A stretch of 64,000 bases of DNA from an uncultured Acidobacteriota bacterium (GCA_963764505.1 CAVXSP010000001.1:2036614-2100613); one strand, 5' to 3'. Positions 30,104 to 41,459 are shown, counted from the stretch's first letter. Numbers and translations are program-made. The notes: generated by a model not told the origin, from the letters alone.

Positions 30104-31408
30104 TCACCGCGCCCACCGCAGGAGCACGGCGCCTCCGGGCACGAGCCGCAGCGGCGCATCGCGGCCGTCGGCCCACGTTCGGGTCGCGGGATCGAACTGC
30201 TGGGGCTGCGCCTCGCCGGCACGCAACCGCAGCGTGATGCCCGCTGCCTGCCGGTAGTCGCGATTGACGATGAGCGCCGCGATTCGTCCGTCCGCGTCCT
30301 CGAACAGACCGGCGGTCGCGGGACCGCCTTCCATCGCGGCGATCGGACCGAGGGGCGGCCGCGGCGCGGTCTCGCCGATGGAGTCGGCGACCGAGACGGA
30401 CCGGAAGCCCTGGAGCTCGTCGGCGATCGCGCGCGCCGTCCGGTTGATGCGCGAGGCCTCCGCGAAGTGCCGCGTCGGCCTGCCGTCTTCGATGAGCCCG
30501 TGGTGGAACTTCATGATGTCGGCGTGCTCGACGTGCACGGGGGTCCAGTACGCGAAGTAGGAGATGCCGCGCGCGCCGTACGCGAGCGCATGGTACGCCT
30601 GCCAGCGCAGCTCGCCCTCGGTCGGATCGCGATAGGTCGCGTGCGGCATCGCCAGGACGATCAGCATGAACGGGACGCCGTGCCGTTCGGACAGCTCGCG
30701 AATGAGCGCCAGGCTCGTGAAGAACGTCGGCCGCGTGCCGGGGATGCCGAACGGGTAGTAGTCGTAGCTCAGGAGCGCCGGCTCGACGGTCGTGACGAAG
30801 CGCTCGACGTAGTCGGGATACGACGCCGCGCCCGCGCCCCCAACCGCGTACTCGGGGAGCAGGTTCACGTACGCGAGGTGGTCCGGGTCGGCCGCGCGCA
30901 GGCGCCCGATGACGGCCGCGAGGCCGGCGAACTGATCGACGACGGGCTCGTCGGCGACGAAGTAGCCGCCGAAGCCGGGCTGGTCGCGGTACTCCGACAC
31001 GGCCGCGTCGAGTGCCGTCTCCCAACCGGGCCGCCCCGGCGCCTCCGCATCGAACCGCGAGTCGGCGATCCACATCACGAGCCCATGGCGCGCGGCGACG
31101 GGCAGGGCCTGCCGCGCGAGCTCGGGCGTCTGCACGCCCTCGCACGGTGGCCCGACGACGGTGAAGCCGGCCCCGGCCATCTCCGCGGCGCGCGCGTCGT
31201 CGAAGAGGGCCAGTGGCGGGCCGCACCAGGCGGTGGTGATGAACGAGGACGCGGGCTGCGTCGCGGCGCTCACAATCGCGCTCGGAGAGCGGAGCGGCGA
31301 GGGACGCGGCGGAGCGCTGGCGCACCCGGCGGCGGCCACGAGCAGAGGCGCCAGCAGCCGAGGAGCTGTGCACACGCGTCCGAGGTGAAGGAGACGTGTC
31401 CGCTTCAC
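30104..31408 (-). CDS. Lipoprotein, putative TIM-barrel glycoside hydrolase
   Basis: GTG 31408 lies inside ORF 30104-31765 (VKRTRLLHLGRVCTAPRLLAPLLVAAAGC, a lipobox-like signal). The mature part has GH-like blocks (GYFVADEPVVDQFAGLAAVIGRLRAADPDHLAYVNLLPEYA, LLSYDYYPF, ISYFAYWTP). The family is not assigned. Confidence 0.55.
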   Translation of the reverse strand: MKRTRLLHLGRVCTAPRLLAPLLVAAAGCASAPPRPSPLRSPSAIVSAATQPASSFITTAWCGPPLALFDDARAAEMAGAGFTVVGPPCEGVQTPELARQALPVAARHGLVMWIADSRFDAEAPGRPGWETALDAAVSEYRDQPGFGGYFVADEPVVDQFAGLAAVIGRLRAADPDHLAYVNLLPEYAVGGAGAASYPDYVERFVTTVEPALLSYDYYPFGIPGTRPTFFTSLALIRELSERHGVPFMLIVLAMPHATYRDPTEGELRWQAYHALAYGARGISYFAYWTPVHVEHADIMKFHHGLIEDGRPTRHFAEASRINRTARAIADELQGFRSVSVADSIGETAPRPPLGPIAAMEGGPATAGLFEDADGRIAALIVNRDYRQAAGITLRLRAGEAQPQQFDPATRTWADGRDAPLRLVPGGAVLLRWAR

Positions 31409-31596
31409 GGCCACGCAGATGCTACGACGCGGCGGCGAATCCGGAAAGGGCACGTCCGCCGGGTGGCGTCGGGCGGCGGCGTTGGCCTTCCGGATAAAAG
31501 TCTTCGTGATGACTGACTTGTCGTACGGAGCGGGGGGCTGCGGACGCGATCCGGTGGCCGCGACTTTGCGTATGCTGGGCGCGCGCGCCAGACCCC

Positions 31597-32736
31597 ATGG
31601 AGCTGACCGGCGAGCAGCAGCGGCTGCAGATATCGGCGATCGAGTTCGCACGACAGGCACTGGGCTACGACATCGTCGCCGCCGACGCGGACGAGCGGTT
31701 CGGGCGGGACACCTGGCGGCGGTGTGCGGAGTTCGGCGTGCTGGGCATGCCGATTCCGGAGGCATTCGGCGGGCTGGGGCTCGGCCTCTCGGCGCTGCTC
31801 GCGGTCATGGAGGGCCTGGGCTACGGGACCCGCGACCAGGGCCTGCTCTTCTCGCTCAATGCGCACCTCTGGACGAACTCGATTCCGATCCTCACCTACG
31901 GGACGGTCGCGCAGCGGACGCGCTGGCTGCCGGGCCTGTGCGACGGCACGCTGATTGGCGCCAACGCGGCGTCGGAGCCGGACGCCGGCTCGGACATCTT
32001 CGGCATGCGCACGCGGGCCGTGCGCGAGGGCGACGTCTACGTGCTGAACGGCGCGAAGACGTTCGTCACCAACGCCCCGGAGGCCGATCTGTTCGTCGCC
32101 TACGCCACGCTCGACCCGGCGCTCGGCGCCATGGGTGTCACGGCGTTCGTCATCGAGCGCGAGACGCCGGGCTGCCGGATCGGCCGTCCGCTGCACAAGA
32201 TGGGTCTGCGGACGTCGCCGATGGCGGAAGTCGTCTTCGAGGACTGCCGCGTGCCCGTCGACAACCGGCTGGGCCGCGAGGGACGCGGCGTCGAGGTCTT
32301 CGAGTGCTCGATGGAATGGGAGCGCGGCTGCATTCTCGCGAGCTGTCTGGGCGTCATGCGGCGGCAGCTCGAGGACTGCATCCGGCACGCCCGCGAACGG
32401 AAGCAGTTCGGGCGGCCGATCGGGAAGTTCCAGTCGGTCGCCAACCGGATCGTCGACATGAAGGTGCGGCTCGAGACCAGCCGCCCGCTCGTCTACCGGA
32501 TCGGCGTGCTGAAGGACGCCGATCAGGAAGCGATGCTGGAGGCGGCCATGGCCAAGCTCTACGTCTCGCAGAGCTTCGTGCAGTCGAGCCTCGACGCCAT
32601 CCAGATCTTCGGCGGCTACGGCTACATGACCGAGCAGAGAGTCGAGCGCGACCTGCGCGACGCGGTCGGCAGCACGCTGTATTCGGGGACGTCGGAGATC
32701 CAGCGCAACCTGATCGCGCGCGCGCTGGGACTGTGA
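31597..32736 (+). CDS. Acyl-CoA dehydrogenase family flavoprotein (probably acting on a carrier-bound substrate)
   Basis: Intact 379-aa ORF with GANAASEPDAGSD, NGAKTFVTNAPEADLFVAYA, GMRTSPMAEVVFEDCRVP, RKQFGRPIGKFQ and IFGGYGYM. The C-terminal block reads YSGTSEIQRNLIA, where MCAD-type enzymes have YEGTSEIQ. Confidence 0.85.
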   Translation: MELTGEQQRLQISAIEFARQALGYDIVAADADERFGRDTWRRCAEFGVLGMPIPEAFGGLGLGLSALLAVMEGLGYGTRDQGLLFSLNAHLWTNSIPILTYGTVAQRTRWLPGLCDGTLIGANAASEPDAGSDIFGMRTRAVREGDVYVLNGAKTFVTNAPEADLFVAYATLDPALGAMGVTAFVIERETPGCRIGRPLHKMGLRTSPMAEVVFEDCRVPVDNRLGREGRGVEVFECSMEWERGCILASCLGVMRRQLEDCIRHARERKQFGRPIGKFQSVANRIVDMKVRLETSRPLVYRIGVLKDADQEAMLEAAMAKLYVSQSFVQSSLDAIQIFGGYGYMTEQRVERDLRDAVGSTLYSGTSEIQRNLIARALGL

Positions 32737-32746
32737 CGAGGACAGA

Positions 32747-32846
32747 AGTTCTTAGTTGTGAGTTGAGAGTTGTAAGTTGGATTGCCCGAACAGAGCGGCC
32801 GAGACGAGTGCCGAGCCTGTAGCCTGTAGCCTGGAGCCCGTAGCCC
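32747..32846. repeat. Two different heptanucleotide tandem arrays filling the ACAD-ACP spacer
   Basis: 32747-32781 reads agttctt agttgtg agttgag agttgta agttgga (5 x AGTTNNN). 32810-32846 reads gccgagc ctgtagc ctgtagc ctggagc ccgtagc cc (5 x the GCTACGG family, reverse orientation). The second array ends directly at the ACP ATG (32847). The variant unit ctGGAGc supplies the only SD-like element. Confidence 0.85.
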
Positions 32847-33104
32847 ATGCCTGAAGTGACCAACGTCAGAGACACGATTCGGCAGTTCATCCTGACCAAG
32901 TACCTGCCCGGAGAGTCGGCCGCGAATCTGCGCGACGACACGCCGCTCCGGACGAGCGGCGTCCTCGATTCGCTCGCCACGCTGGGCCTGGTGAACTTCC
33001 TCGAGAAGGAGTTCGGGATCCAGATCGAGGCGCACGAGACCGGGGTCGACACCTTCGATCGCATTCAGGACATCGCCGCCCTGGTCGAGCGCAAGCGCGC
33101 GTGA
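32847..33104 (+). CDS. Acyl/peptidyl carrier protein
   Basis: Intact 85-aa ORF. The phosphopantetheine attachment motif GVLDSLATLGLVNFLE sits in the expected position of a 4-helix carrier protein. Confidence 0.85.
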   Translation: MPEVTNVRDTIRQFILTKYLPGESAANLRDDTPLRTSGVLDSLATLGLVNFLEKEFGIQIEAHETGVDTFDRIQDIAALVERKRA

Positions 33105-33129
33105 CCGGGCGGGCGGGAGCCGCGCCGCC

Positions 33130-34689
33130 GTGACCAATCATCTTGCCGAGTACCTCGAATCGAGTGCCAGCCGCTTCGGATCGCGGACGGCCGTGGTCGA
33201 TCCGGGCGGTTGGAGCCTGAGCTACGCCGACCTCGACCGCCAGGCCGACGCGCTGGCCGGATGGCTCGCCGCCTCCGGCGTGCGGCCGGGGGACCGCGTC
33301 GGCGTCGTGCTGCCGAAGAGCGTGCCGTCGGTCGTGGCCCTGTTCGGGATCATGAAAGCCGGGGCCGCCTACGTGCCCGTCGACTGCACGGCGCCTGCCG
33401 AGCGCGGCCGGGGCATCCTCGCCGATTGCGCCATCCGCGCGCTCGTCGCGGATGGTTCGTCGCTGGCCACGGCGCCGCCGGCGGGCGCCGGCGGGCCGCT
33501 GCCGGTGATCCTGGTCGGCGAGCCGCCCGACGGCCCGCTCGACGGCGTCCAGCTCGCCCGCTACGACGAAGTGGTCCGCGGCCAGGGGCCGGCGCCCCGG
33601 CTACCCGCGCGATGCCGGGGATCTCGCCTACATCCTCTACACGTCCGGGTCGACCGGCACGCCGAAGGGCGTGATGCTGACGCACCGGAACGCCACGAGC
33701 TTCGTCGACTGGTGTTCGTCGGTCTTCACGCCGGACGAGCACGACCGTTTCAGCAGCCACGCGCCGTTCCACTTCGACCTGTCGGTGCTCGACATCTACC
33801 TGTGCCTCAAGCACGGCGCCACGCTGTTCCTGGTCTCCGAGGCGCTCGGGAAGAATCCGAAGGAGCTCGCGCGATTCGTCGCCGAGCGCCGGCTGACGGT
33901 CTGGTACTCGACGCCGTCGATCCTCGCGCTGCTGCTCCAGTTCGGCGCGCTCGAGACGCTCGACCATACCAGTCTGCGTCTCGTGCTCTTCGCGGGCGAG
34001 GTGTTCCCGGTCAAGCACCTGCGCGACCTCACGCGGGCGTGGCCCCGGCCGGCCTACTACAACCTGTACGGACCGACCGAGACGAACGTCTGCACGTTCG
34101 CGAGGATTCCCACGGAGATCCCGGACGACCGCGACACGCCGTACCCGATCGGGTTCCCGTGCGCGCACTGCGGGACCGTCGTGCTCGACGCCGACGGGCG
34201 GGAGATGGCCGAAGGCGAGGAGGGGCTCCTCTACGTCAGCGGACCCTCGGTATTCGGCGGCTACTGGAACCGCCCGGCCGAGAACGCGGGCGTCTTCGTC
34301 GAGCGCGGCGCTTCGCGCTGGTACAACACGGGCGACGTCGTGCGCTGGGATCCGGCCGAGGGCTACATCTACGTGGGCCGGCGCGATCGCATGGTCAAGC
34401 GGCGCGGCTACCGCATCGAGCTCGGCGAGATCGAGCGGGCGCTCTACCGGCACGCCGAGGTGCGCGAGGCCGCCGTCGTGGCGATTCCCGACGCGGAGTC
34501 CGGCGTCCGGATCGTCGCGTTCCTCGCGTGCGGCGACGCCGTGCCGCCGTCGATCATCGAGATGAAGACGTTCTGCGCGTCGCACCTGCCCGGGTACATG
34601 AGCCCCGATCGCTTTCTGTTCGAGCCGCACCTGCCTCGCACGTCGACCGACAAGGTCGACTACCAGTCGCTGCGGCGGCGGTTGGCTGA
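33130..34689 (+). CDS. Stand-alone adenylation enzyme (DltA / NRPS A-domain-like carrier-protein ligase); frameshift(s) as assembled
   Basis: GTG 33130 starts MTNHLAEYLESSASRFGSRTAVVD...VLPKSVPSVVALFGIMKAGAAYVPVD. The frame changes in the GGGG/CCCC runs at 33585-33598. The sequence then continues as GYPRDAGDLAYILYTSGSTGTPKGVMLTHRN, HAPFHFDLSVLDIYLCLKHGATLFLV, NLYGPTETNV, YNTGDVVRWD, GRRDRMVKRRGYRIELGEIE and PRTSTDKVDY (start of ORF 33671-38374). The stop is probably the TGA at 34687-34689 in the original frame, which implies a second shift near the 3' end. Confidence 0.8.
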   Translation: MTNHLAEYLESSASRFGSRTAVVDPGGWSLSYADLDRQADALAGWLAASGVRPGDRVGVVLPKSVPSVVALFGIMKAGAAYVPVDCTAPAERGRGILADCAIRALVADGSSLATAPPAGAGGPLPVILVGEPPDGPLDGVQLARYDEVVRGQGPAPRLPARCRGSRLHPLHVRVDRHAEGRDADAPERHELRRLVFVGLHAGRARPFQQPRAVPLRPVGARHLPVPQARRHAVPGLRGAREESEGARAIRRRAPADGLVLDAVDPRAAAPVRRARDARPYQSASRALRGRGVPGQAPARPHAGVAPAGLLQPVRTDRDERLHVREDSHGDPGRPRHAVPDRVPVRALRDRRARRRRAGDGRRRGGAPLRQRTLGIRRLLEPPGRERGRLRRARRFALVQHGRRRALGSGRGLHLRGPARSHGQAARLPHRARRDRAGALPARRGARGRRRGDSRRGVRRPDRRVPRVRRRRAAVDHRDEDVLRVAPARVHEPRSLSVRAAPASHVDRQGRLPVAAAAVG

Positions 34690-34718
34690 CCGTCGCCGGC
34701 GACTTCGGGAGCGGCGTC

Positions 34719-37281
34719 GTGAGCGACCCGTCCGCCATCACCGGCGTCTCGGAGCGTCTCGACACCGGCCCGGCGCGGCCGAAGGCGGAGGTCGCCGCCG
34801 AGGCGGTGAGCCTGCCGCTGTTTGCCGCCATTCTCGTGCCGCTCGCCGCGCTGTGGCTCGTGATCGATCACTTCGGGCTCGAGAGCAACGCCGTGTCCAG
34901 GCTGGTGCTCATCACGTGCCTCGGCTTCTCCGTCCACTACTTTCTGCCGCTGCGGTTCCGCCTGCCGTTCTTCCTCGGCCTGTCGGTGTTCGCGCTCGGG
35001 TTCGTGCTCGGCGTGGGTCCGGCCGCCTGGATCGTCGGCATCGGGCTGACGCTCATCGGGCTGTGCCATCTGCGGGCGGCGTTTCGCACACGGCTGGTCC
35101 TGGTCTGCGCCGCGGGCCTCGCGATCGTCGCCGCGCGCGCCGGGCTGGCGCACGTGCCGGTGCCCGCCTCGGTCTGGCCGATCCTGGGATCCCTGTTCAT
35201 GTTCCGGCTGATCGTCTACCTGTACGACATCCGGCACGATCCGTCGCTCGCGTCCTTCTGGCCCTCGCTGTCGTATTTCTTCCTGCTGCCCAACGTCTGC
35301 TTCCCGCTGTTTCCCGTCGTCGACTACAAGACATTCCGCACGACGTACTACCGCGGCGACCGCCATGCGATCTACGCCGGCGGCCTGCAGTGGATCTTCC
35401 GCGGCGTCGTGCAGTTGATTCTGTACCGGGTCGTCTATCAGACGCTCGTGATCGAGCCGACGGCCGTGGCCAGCGCGTGGGACCTCGGCCAGTATTTCAT
35501 CTGGCCGTTCCTCCTGTACTTCCGCGTCTCGGGCCAGTTCCACGTGGTGATCGGCCTGCTGCGGCTGTTCGGCTTCGGTCTGCCCGAGACCCACCACGAG
35601 TACTTCCTGGCCTCGAGCTTCACGGACTTCTGGCGCCGGATCAACATCTACTGGAAGGACTTCATGATGAAGCTCTTCTACTATCCGGCCTACTTCGCCC
35701 TGCGGAAACGCGGCCCGGTGCTGGCGCTCGTCGTCTCGACCGTCATCGTCTTCGCCTCGACCTGGCTCCTGCACTCGTACCAGTGGTTCTGGCTGCGCGG
35801 CGTCTTTCAGGTCGGCTGGACGGACACCGTGTTCTGGTCCGTGCTGGGCGTCCTGGTCGTGTTCAACGCGCTGCGCGAGTGGCGGCGGGGCCGGGCGCGC
35901 GCGCTGACCGCGCGCACCTTGTCCTGGCCCGAGACGCTCGGCCTCGCGGCCCGGACCGTCGGGATGTTCTGCTTCGTGTGCGTGCTCTGGTCGCTCTGGA
36001 GCACGGAGTCCCTTGGCACCTGGCTCTCGCTGTGGCCGGCCATCGTGCACTGGTCGCCGGCGCCGGGCTGGACGGCCGTGGCGGCGCTCGGGGTTCCCGT
36101 GGCCGTCGGCCTCGTCGCGATCGCCAAGAGCCGGCGATGGGCGCCGGCCCCCGATCTCGGCCACGGCGGCCGGGCCGTCGTCATCCTGGCCGTCTCGGCC
36201 TGCCTCGTCGTCGGCAGCTCGTTCCGCGTGGCGGCGCACCTGGGGCCGGTCGGACGGATGATGACGGACCTGCGCTCCAGCGGCCTCAACCAGGCGGACG
36301 CGGTCGCGATGGAGCGCGGCTACTACGAGAACCTGATGGGCGTGGATCGCTTCAACGGCGAGCTGTGGGCGCTCTACATGAACCGGCCGCTCGACTGGGG
36401 CGGGACGCTGCTCGAAGAGGGGCTGGCGCGGCCGCTGAGCGGGTTCGTGCCCTACGAGCTCCTGCCGTCGGCGAGCGGACGGTTCAAGGGCGTGACCCTC
36501 CGGACGAATGCGTGGGGCATGCACGACAAGGAGTACGCGCGGACGCCGCCGGCCGGCTGCGAGCGCATCGCCATGCTGGGCGCCTCGCACGCCATGGGCA
36601 GCGGCGTCGAGCGGGAACGCACGTTCGAGGCGCTGGTCGAGGACCGGCTCAATCGGGAGCAGCCCGGCCGGTGCGTCGAGATCCTCAACTTCGCGGTCTA
36701 CGGGTACAATCCGCTCTATCAGCTCCAGATTCTCGACGACCGCGTGCTGGGATTCCAGCCGGACGCCATCCTCTACGTCGCGCATCCCGAGGACTCGCTC
36801 CGCGTCGTCCGCTACCTGACGCAGCTCGTGCGCGACGGCAAGCCGCTGCCCTACGAGTTCCTGCGCCGGATCGTGCGGGAGGCGCAGGTGGCGCCGGGGG
36901 AGTCCGAGCGCGTCATCTCGCAGCGCCTGGCGCCGTTCCGGGAACGGATCCTCGGCGATCTCTACGCCGCCATGGTCGACTCGGCCCGGCGGCGCGGGGT
37001 CTGTCCGGGCCTCGTGTACCTACCGATGGTGCCGGCCATGCAGTACGCCGTGGACGTCGAGCGGGAGAAGCGCCTTGCGACGGACGCGGGTTTCAGCCTG
37101 CTCGACCTGGCCGGCGTCTACGACGTGCCGGACCGCGACGCGCTCTGGATCGCGCAGTGGGATGCCCACCCGAACGCGCGCGGGCACGCGCTCGTGGCCG
37201 ATCGGCTGTATGCGCTGCTGCAGCGCGAAGGCTCGCTTCTCGCGTGCCGCGCCAGCGACGCGGGCCGGCCCGGGACGCTGA
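34719..37281 (+). CDS. MBOAT-family membrane O-acyltransferase (DltB/AlgI-like) fused to an SGNH/DltD/AlgJ-like extracytoplasmic domain
   Basis: GTG 34719 opens ORF 34719-37736. The first ~470 aa are polytopic with MBOAT blocks (SFTDFWRRINIYWKDFMMKLFYYPAYF, ASTWLLHSYQWFW). The C-terminal part has SGNH-like blocks (IAMLGASHAMGSGV, NFAVYGYNP, WDAHPNARGHALVADRLYALL). The convergent sulfotransferase ends at 37298, so the real stop is most likely the TGA at 37279-37281 in another frame. The 3' end is uncertain. Confidence 0.75.
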
Positions 37282-37297
37282 CATTCGGCGCGCCGCT

Positions 37298-38259
37298 TCA
37301 CGCGTTGTCGATCTGTGCGGCGTACCGCACGGCCGCGTGGTCGGATGCCTCGTCCTCGCCGCACAGGATCGACCGATTCGCCGATCAGGTCCGGCCACTC
37401 GGAGAAGGTGCGGCCGACGAGTCGGCTCAACACGTCGACGCGGCCGGCCAGCCGCTCGCGCAGGTATTCCCGCGCCGCGCCCATCCGTACCGACGTGCGG
37501 TCGATGGGACGATAGGCGGCGAGATCGACCGTGTTCAGGACGGATCCGGCAGACGGGATTTCACCTGCTGCCATCGCCAACCCTGTGTGAACCGGACGAG
37601 CGGACGGGCGAAGCGCCGCGCCTGGCGGAGCTGCGCGCCCCGCACGTTGTGCTTCTCGCTCGTGTCGATCGGCACGTCCGGGTCCACGCCGAGCCAGGTG
37701 AACAGCCGCCGGAACAGACCGGCCGGGTCTCGCTGAAGCTCGGCGAGGGTGAGCAGGAAGATCTGGTCGCGGTCGAACAGCTCGAGATACGGTTCAAGCT
37801 GGTACGCGTAGTCGCTGCGCGCGATGTAGTCGTCCCGCGTACGCACCGCCTCCTCGGGGCCGAGGGTCTCTCGGCCGTCGGCCACGAAATGCCAGTAGTG
37901 GCTGATCGCCCTCTCGACCGGATGCCGCAGCATGTAGACGATGCGCGCGGCCGGATTGAACGCCCAGATCCGCTGGGCGCAGCCGCCGACCCAGTGGCGG
38001 GCCGAGTAGCTCGTGCTCGACTCGCCTGCGTACATGACTGCGCCCGCCATCGCGAACAGCCGCAGGTACCAGCCGATCCCGGGCTCCGGGTAGGGCTGGC
38101 CCTGACCCCACATGCGGCCTCTCGCGAGATGGGGCGCGAAGTACTGCGGCTCCTTGAACGCCGACATGAAGATCTGGGGGTGCTGGTGCAGGTACGCGTG
38201 AAGCGACGAGGTCCCCGCCTTCATGGCTCCGATGATGAACAGATTCGGAAAGATCGGCA

Positions 38260-38263
<4 letters not shown>
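37298..38263 (-). CDS. PAPS-dependent sulfotransferase, 2 frameshifts as assembled
   Basis: ATG 38263-38261 overlaps the asnB stop (ATGA). It starts MMPIFPNLFIIGAMKAGTSSLHAYL (5'-PSB loop) and carries YMLRHPVERAISHYWH (3'-PB motif) in ORF 37535-38356. It continues in ORF 37020-37580 (GEIPSAGSVLNTVDLAAYRPIDRTSVRMGAAREYLRERLAGRVDVLSRLVGRTFSEWPDLIGES). A third frame holds the end (ILCGEDEASDHAAVRYAAQIDNA, stop 37300-37298). Confidence 0.75.
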
Positions 38264-40206
<1,943 letters not shown>

Positions 40207-40222
40207 GGGTGGTCGCTACCTC

Positions 40223-40346
40223 AAGCCAGAAGCCAGAAGCCAGAAGCCAGAAGCCAGAAGGGTGGAAGTTACTCTCATTCGATTGAAGAAAGCTGACTCG
40301 CGTCAGCGCGTTCGCCACTTCCGGCCTCTGGCTTCTGGCCTCTAGC
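40223..40346. repeat. Inverted pair of GCCAGAA heptamer arrays flanking a 57-nt spacer
   Basis: 40223-40260 holds 5.4 x aagccag. 40318-40346 reads cttccgg cctctgg cttctgg cctctag, the reverse complement family. The spacer contains a perfect small hairpin, gctgac-tcgc-gtcagc (40292-40307). The element lies between the GT4 3' end and the asnB start. Confidence 0.9.
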
Positions 40347-41459
40347 TTTCGCGCTGACAACCCGCCGATACACCCCGGCATACTCCGCTATCATCCGATC
40401 GATCGTGAACCGGGATTCCACTCGCTGCCGGGCGGCGAGCCCGAGCCGCGCGCGCAGCTCCGGCGCCGCCGCGAGATCGTCGAGCACGCGCGCGAGCGCG
40501 TGCGGATCGCGCGGCGCGACGAGGCGGCCGCAGCCGTCGTCCACCACTTCCGGCGTGCCGCCGACGCGGGTCGCGACGACCGGGAGCGCGGCCGCCATGG
40601 CCTCCAGGATCGTCAGCGACACGCCTTCGCTGAGAGAACTGTTCGCATATACGTCGCAGCCCGCCAGCCACTCCCGCGCATCGTCCCGGAAGCCCACGAA
40701 CGCGACCCGATCGCGGATCCCGCACTCGCTCGCCAGCCGCTCCAGCGACGCGCGCTCCGACCCGTCGCCGACGACGACCAGGCGCGCCCGGCGGCGGCGG
40801 GCCAGGTCGGCGGTCGCCCGGACGAGCGTGCCCAGATCCTTGACCGGGTCGAGCCGCGCGATGGTTCCGATGACCAGCTCGCCCTCGTCGGCCCCCAGAT
40901 CGCGCCGCGCGTGCGCGCGGGCCGCCGGGTCGGGCACGACGCCGGGGTCGATGCCGTTGTAGATGACCCGGACCGATGCCGGCGGGAATCCCTCCCCGAT
41001 GAGGTGGCGCTTGACGTCCTCGGAGACCGCGAACACGGCCGTGGGCAGACGTTTGAACAGGACGTTCGCCGCGCGCCGCTTCGTCGACGGCGGCGCGTCC
41101 GACAACCGTCCGTGCTCGGTGAAGACGACCGACACGCCGGGCGCCCATGCGCGCGCGAGCGCGCCGTAGACGAACGGCGAGTAGTGATGCGCGTGAATCA
41201 GATCGATCTGCTGCGTGCGGCACAGCCTGGCGATCGCCTGTCCCAGGGACGGGCGGAAGCCCGGCCCGCGCCGAAGCGCCGAGACGGCGATGCCTTCGCG
41301 CTCGAGCAGCGACGCCCACGCCCCGGGCTCGTCCAGGCAGCAGACCGCCATCGGCCACTCGGGATGCAGGCGCGCCGCGAGCTCGGTGACGAGCCGCTCG
41401 GTGCCGCCTGGATTCAGGCTGAGCACGAGCTGCAGAACGCGGGGCGGACGTTCGGTCAC
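40275..41459 (-). CDS. Glycosyltransferase family 4 (PEP-CTERM/EPS-locus sugar transferase type)
   Basis: Intact 394-aa ORF with GTG 41459. It carries VLQLVLSLNPGGTERLV, IHAHHY, ARLDPVKDLGTLV and the EX7E region SLSEGVSLTILEAMAAALPVVATRVGGTPEVV. The last ~20 codons read through heptamer units (ARGQKPEAGS). Confidence 0.85.
   Translation of the reverse strand: MTERPPRVLQLVLSLNPGGTERLVTELAARLHPEWPMAVCCLDEPGAWASLLEREGIAVSALRRGPGFRPSLGQAIARLCRTQQIDLIHAHHYSPFVYGALARAWAPGVSVVFTEHGRLSDAPPSTKRRAANVLFKRLPTAVFAVSEDVKRHLIGEGFPPASVRVIYNGIDPGVVPDPAARAHARRDLGADEGELVIGTIARLDPVKDLGTLVRATADLARRRRARLVVVGDGSERASLERLASECGIRDRVAFVGFRDDAREWLAGCDVYANSSLSEGVSLTILEAMAAALPVVATRVGGTPEVVDDGCGRLVAPRDPHALARVLDDLAAAPELRARLGLAARQRVESRFTIDRMIAEYAGVYRRVVSAKARGQKPEAGSGERADASQLSSIE

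Noticed and set aside
34554-36785. 743-aa minus-strand ORF
   Set aside because: It is antisense to the MBOAT-SGNH gene. Its composition is dominated by R, P, E, D and G, and there are no motifs. The plus-strand product has clear TM helices and MBOAT blocks.
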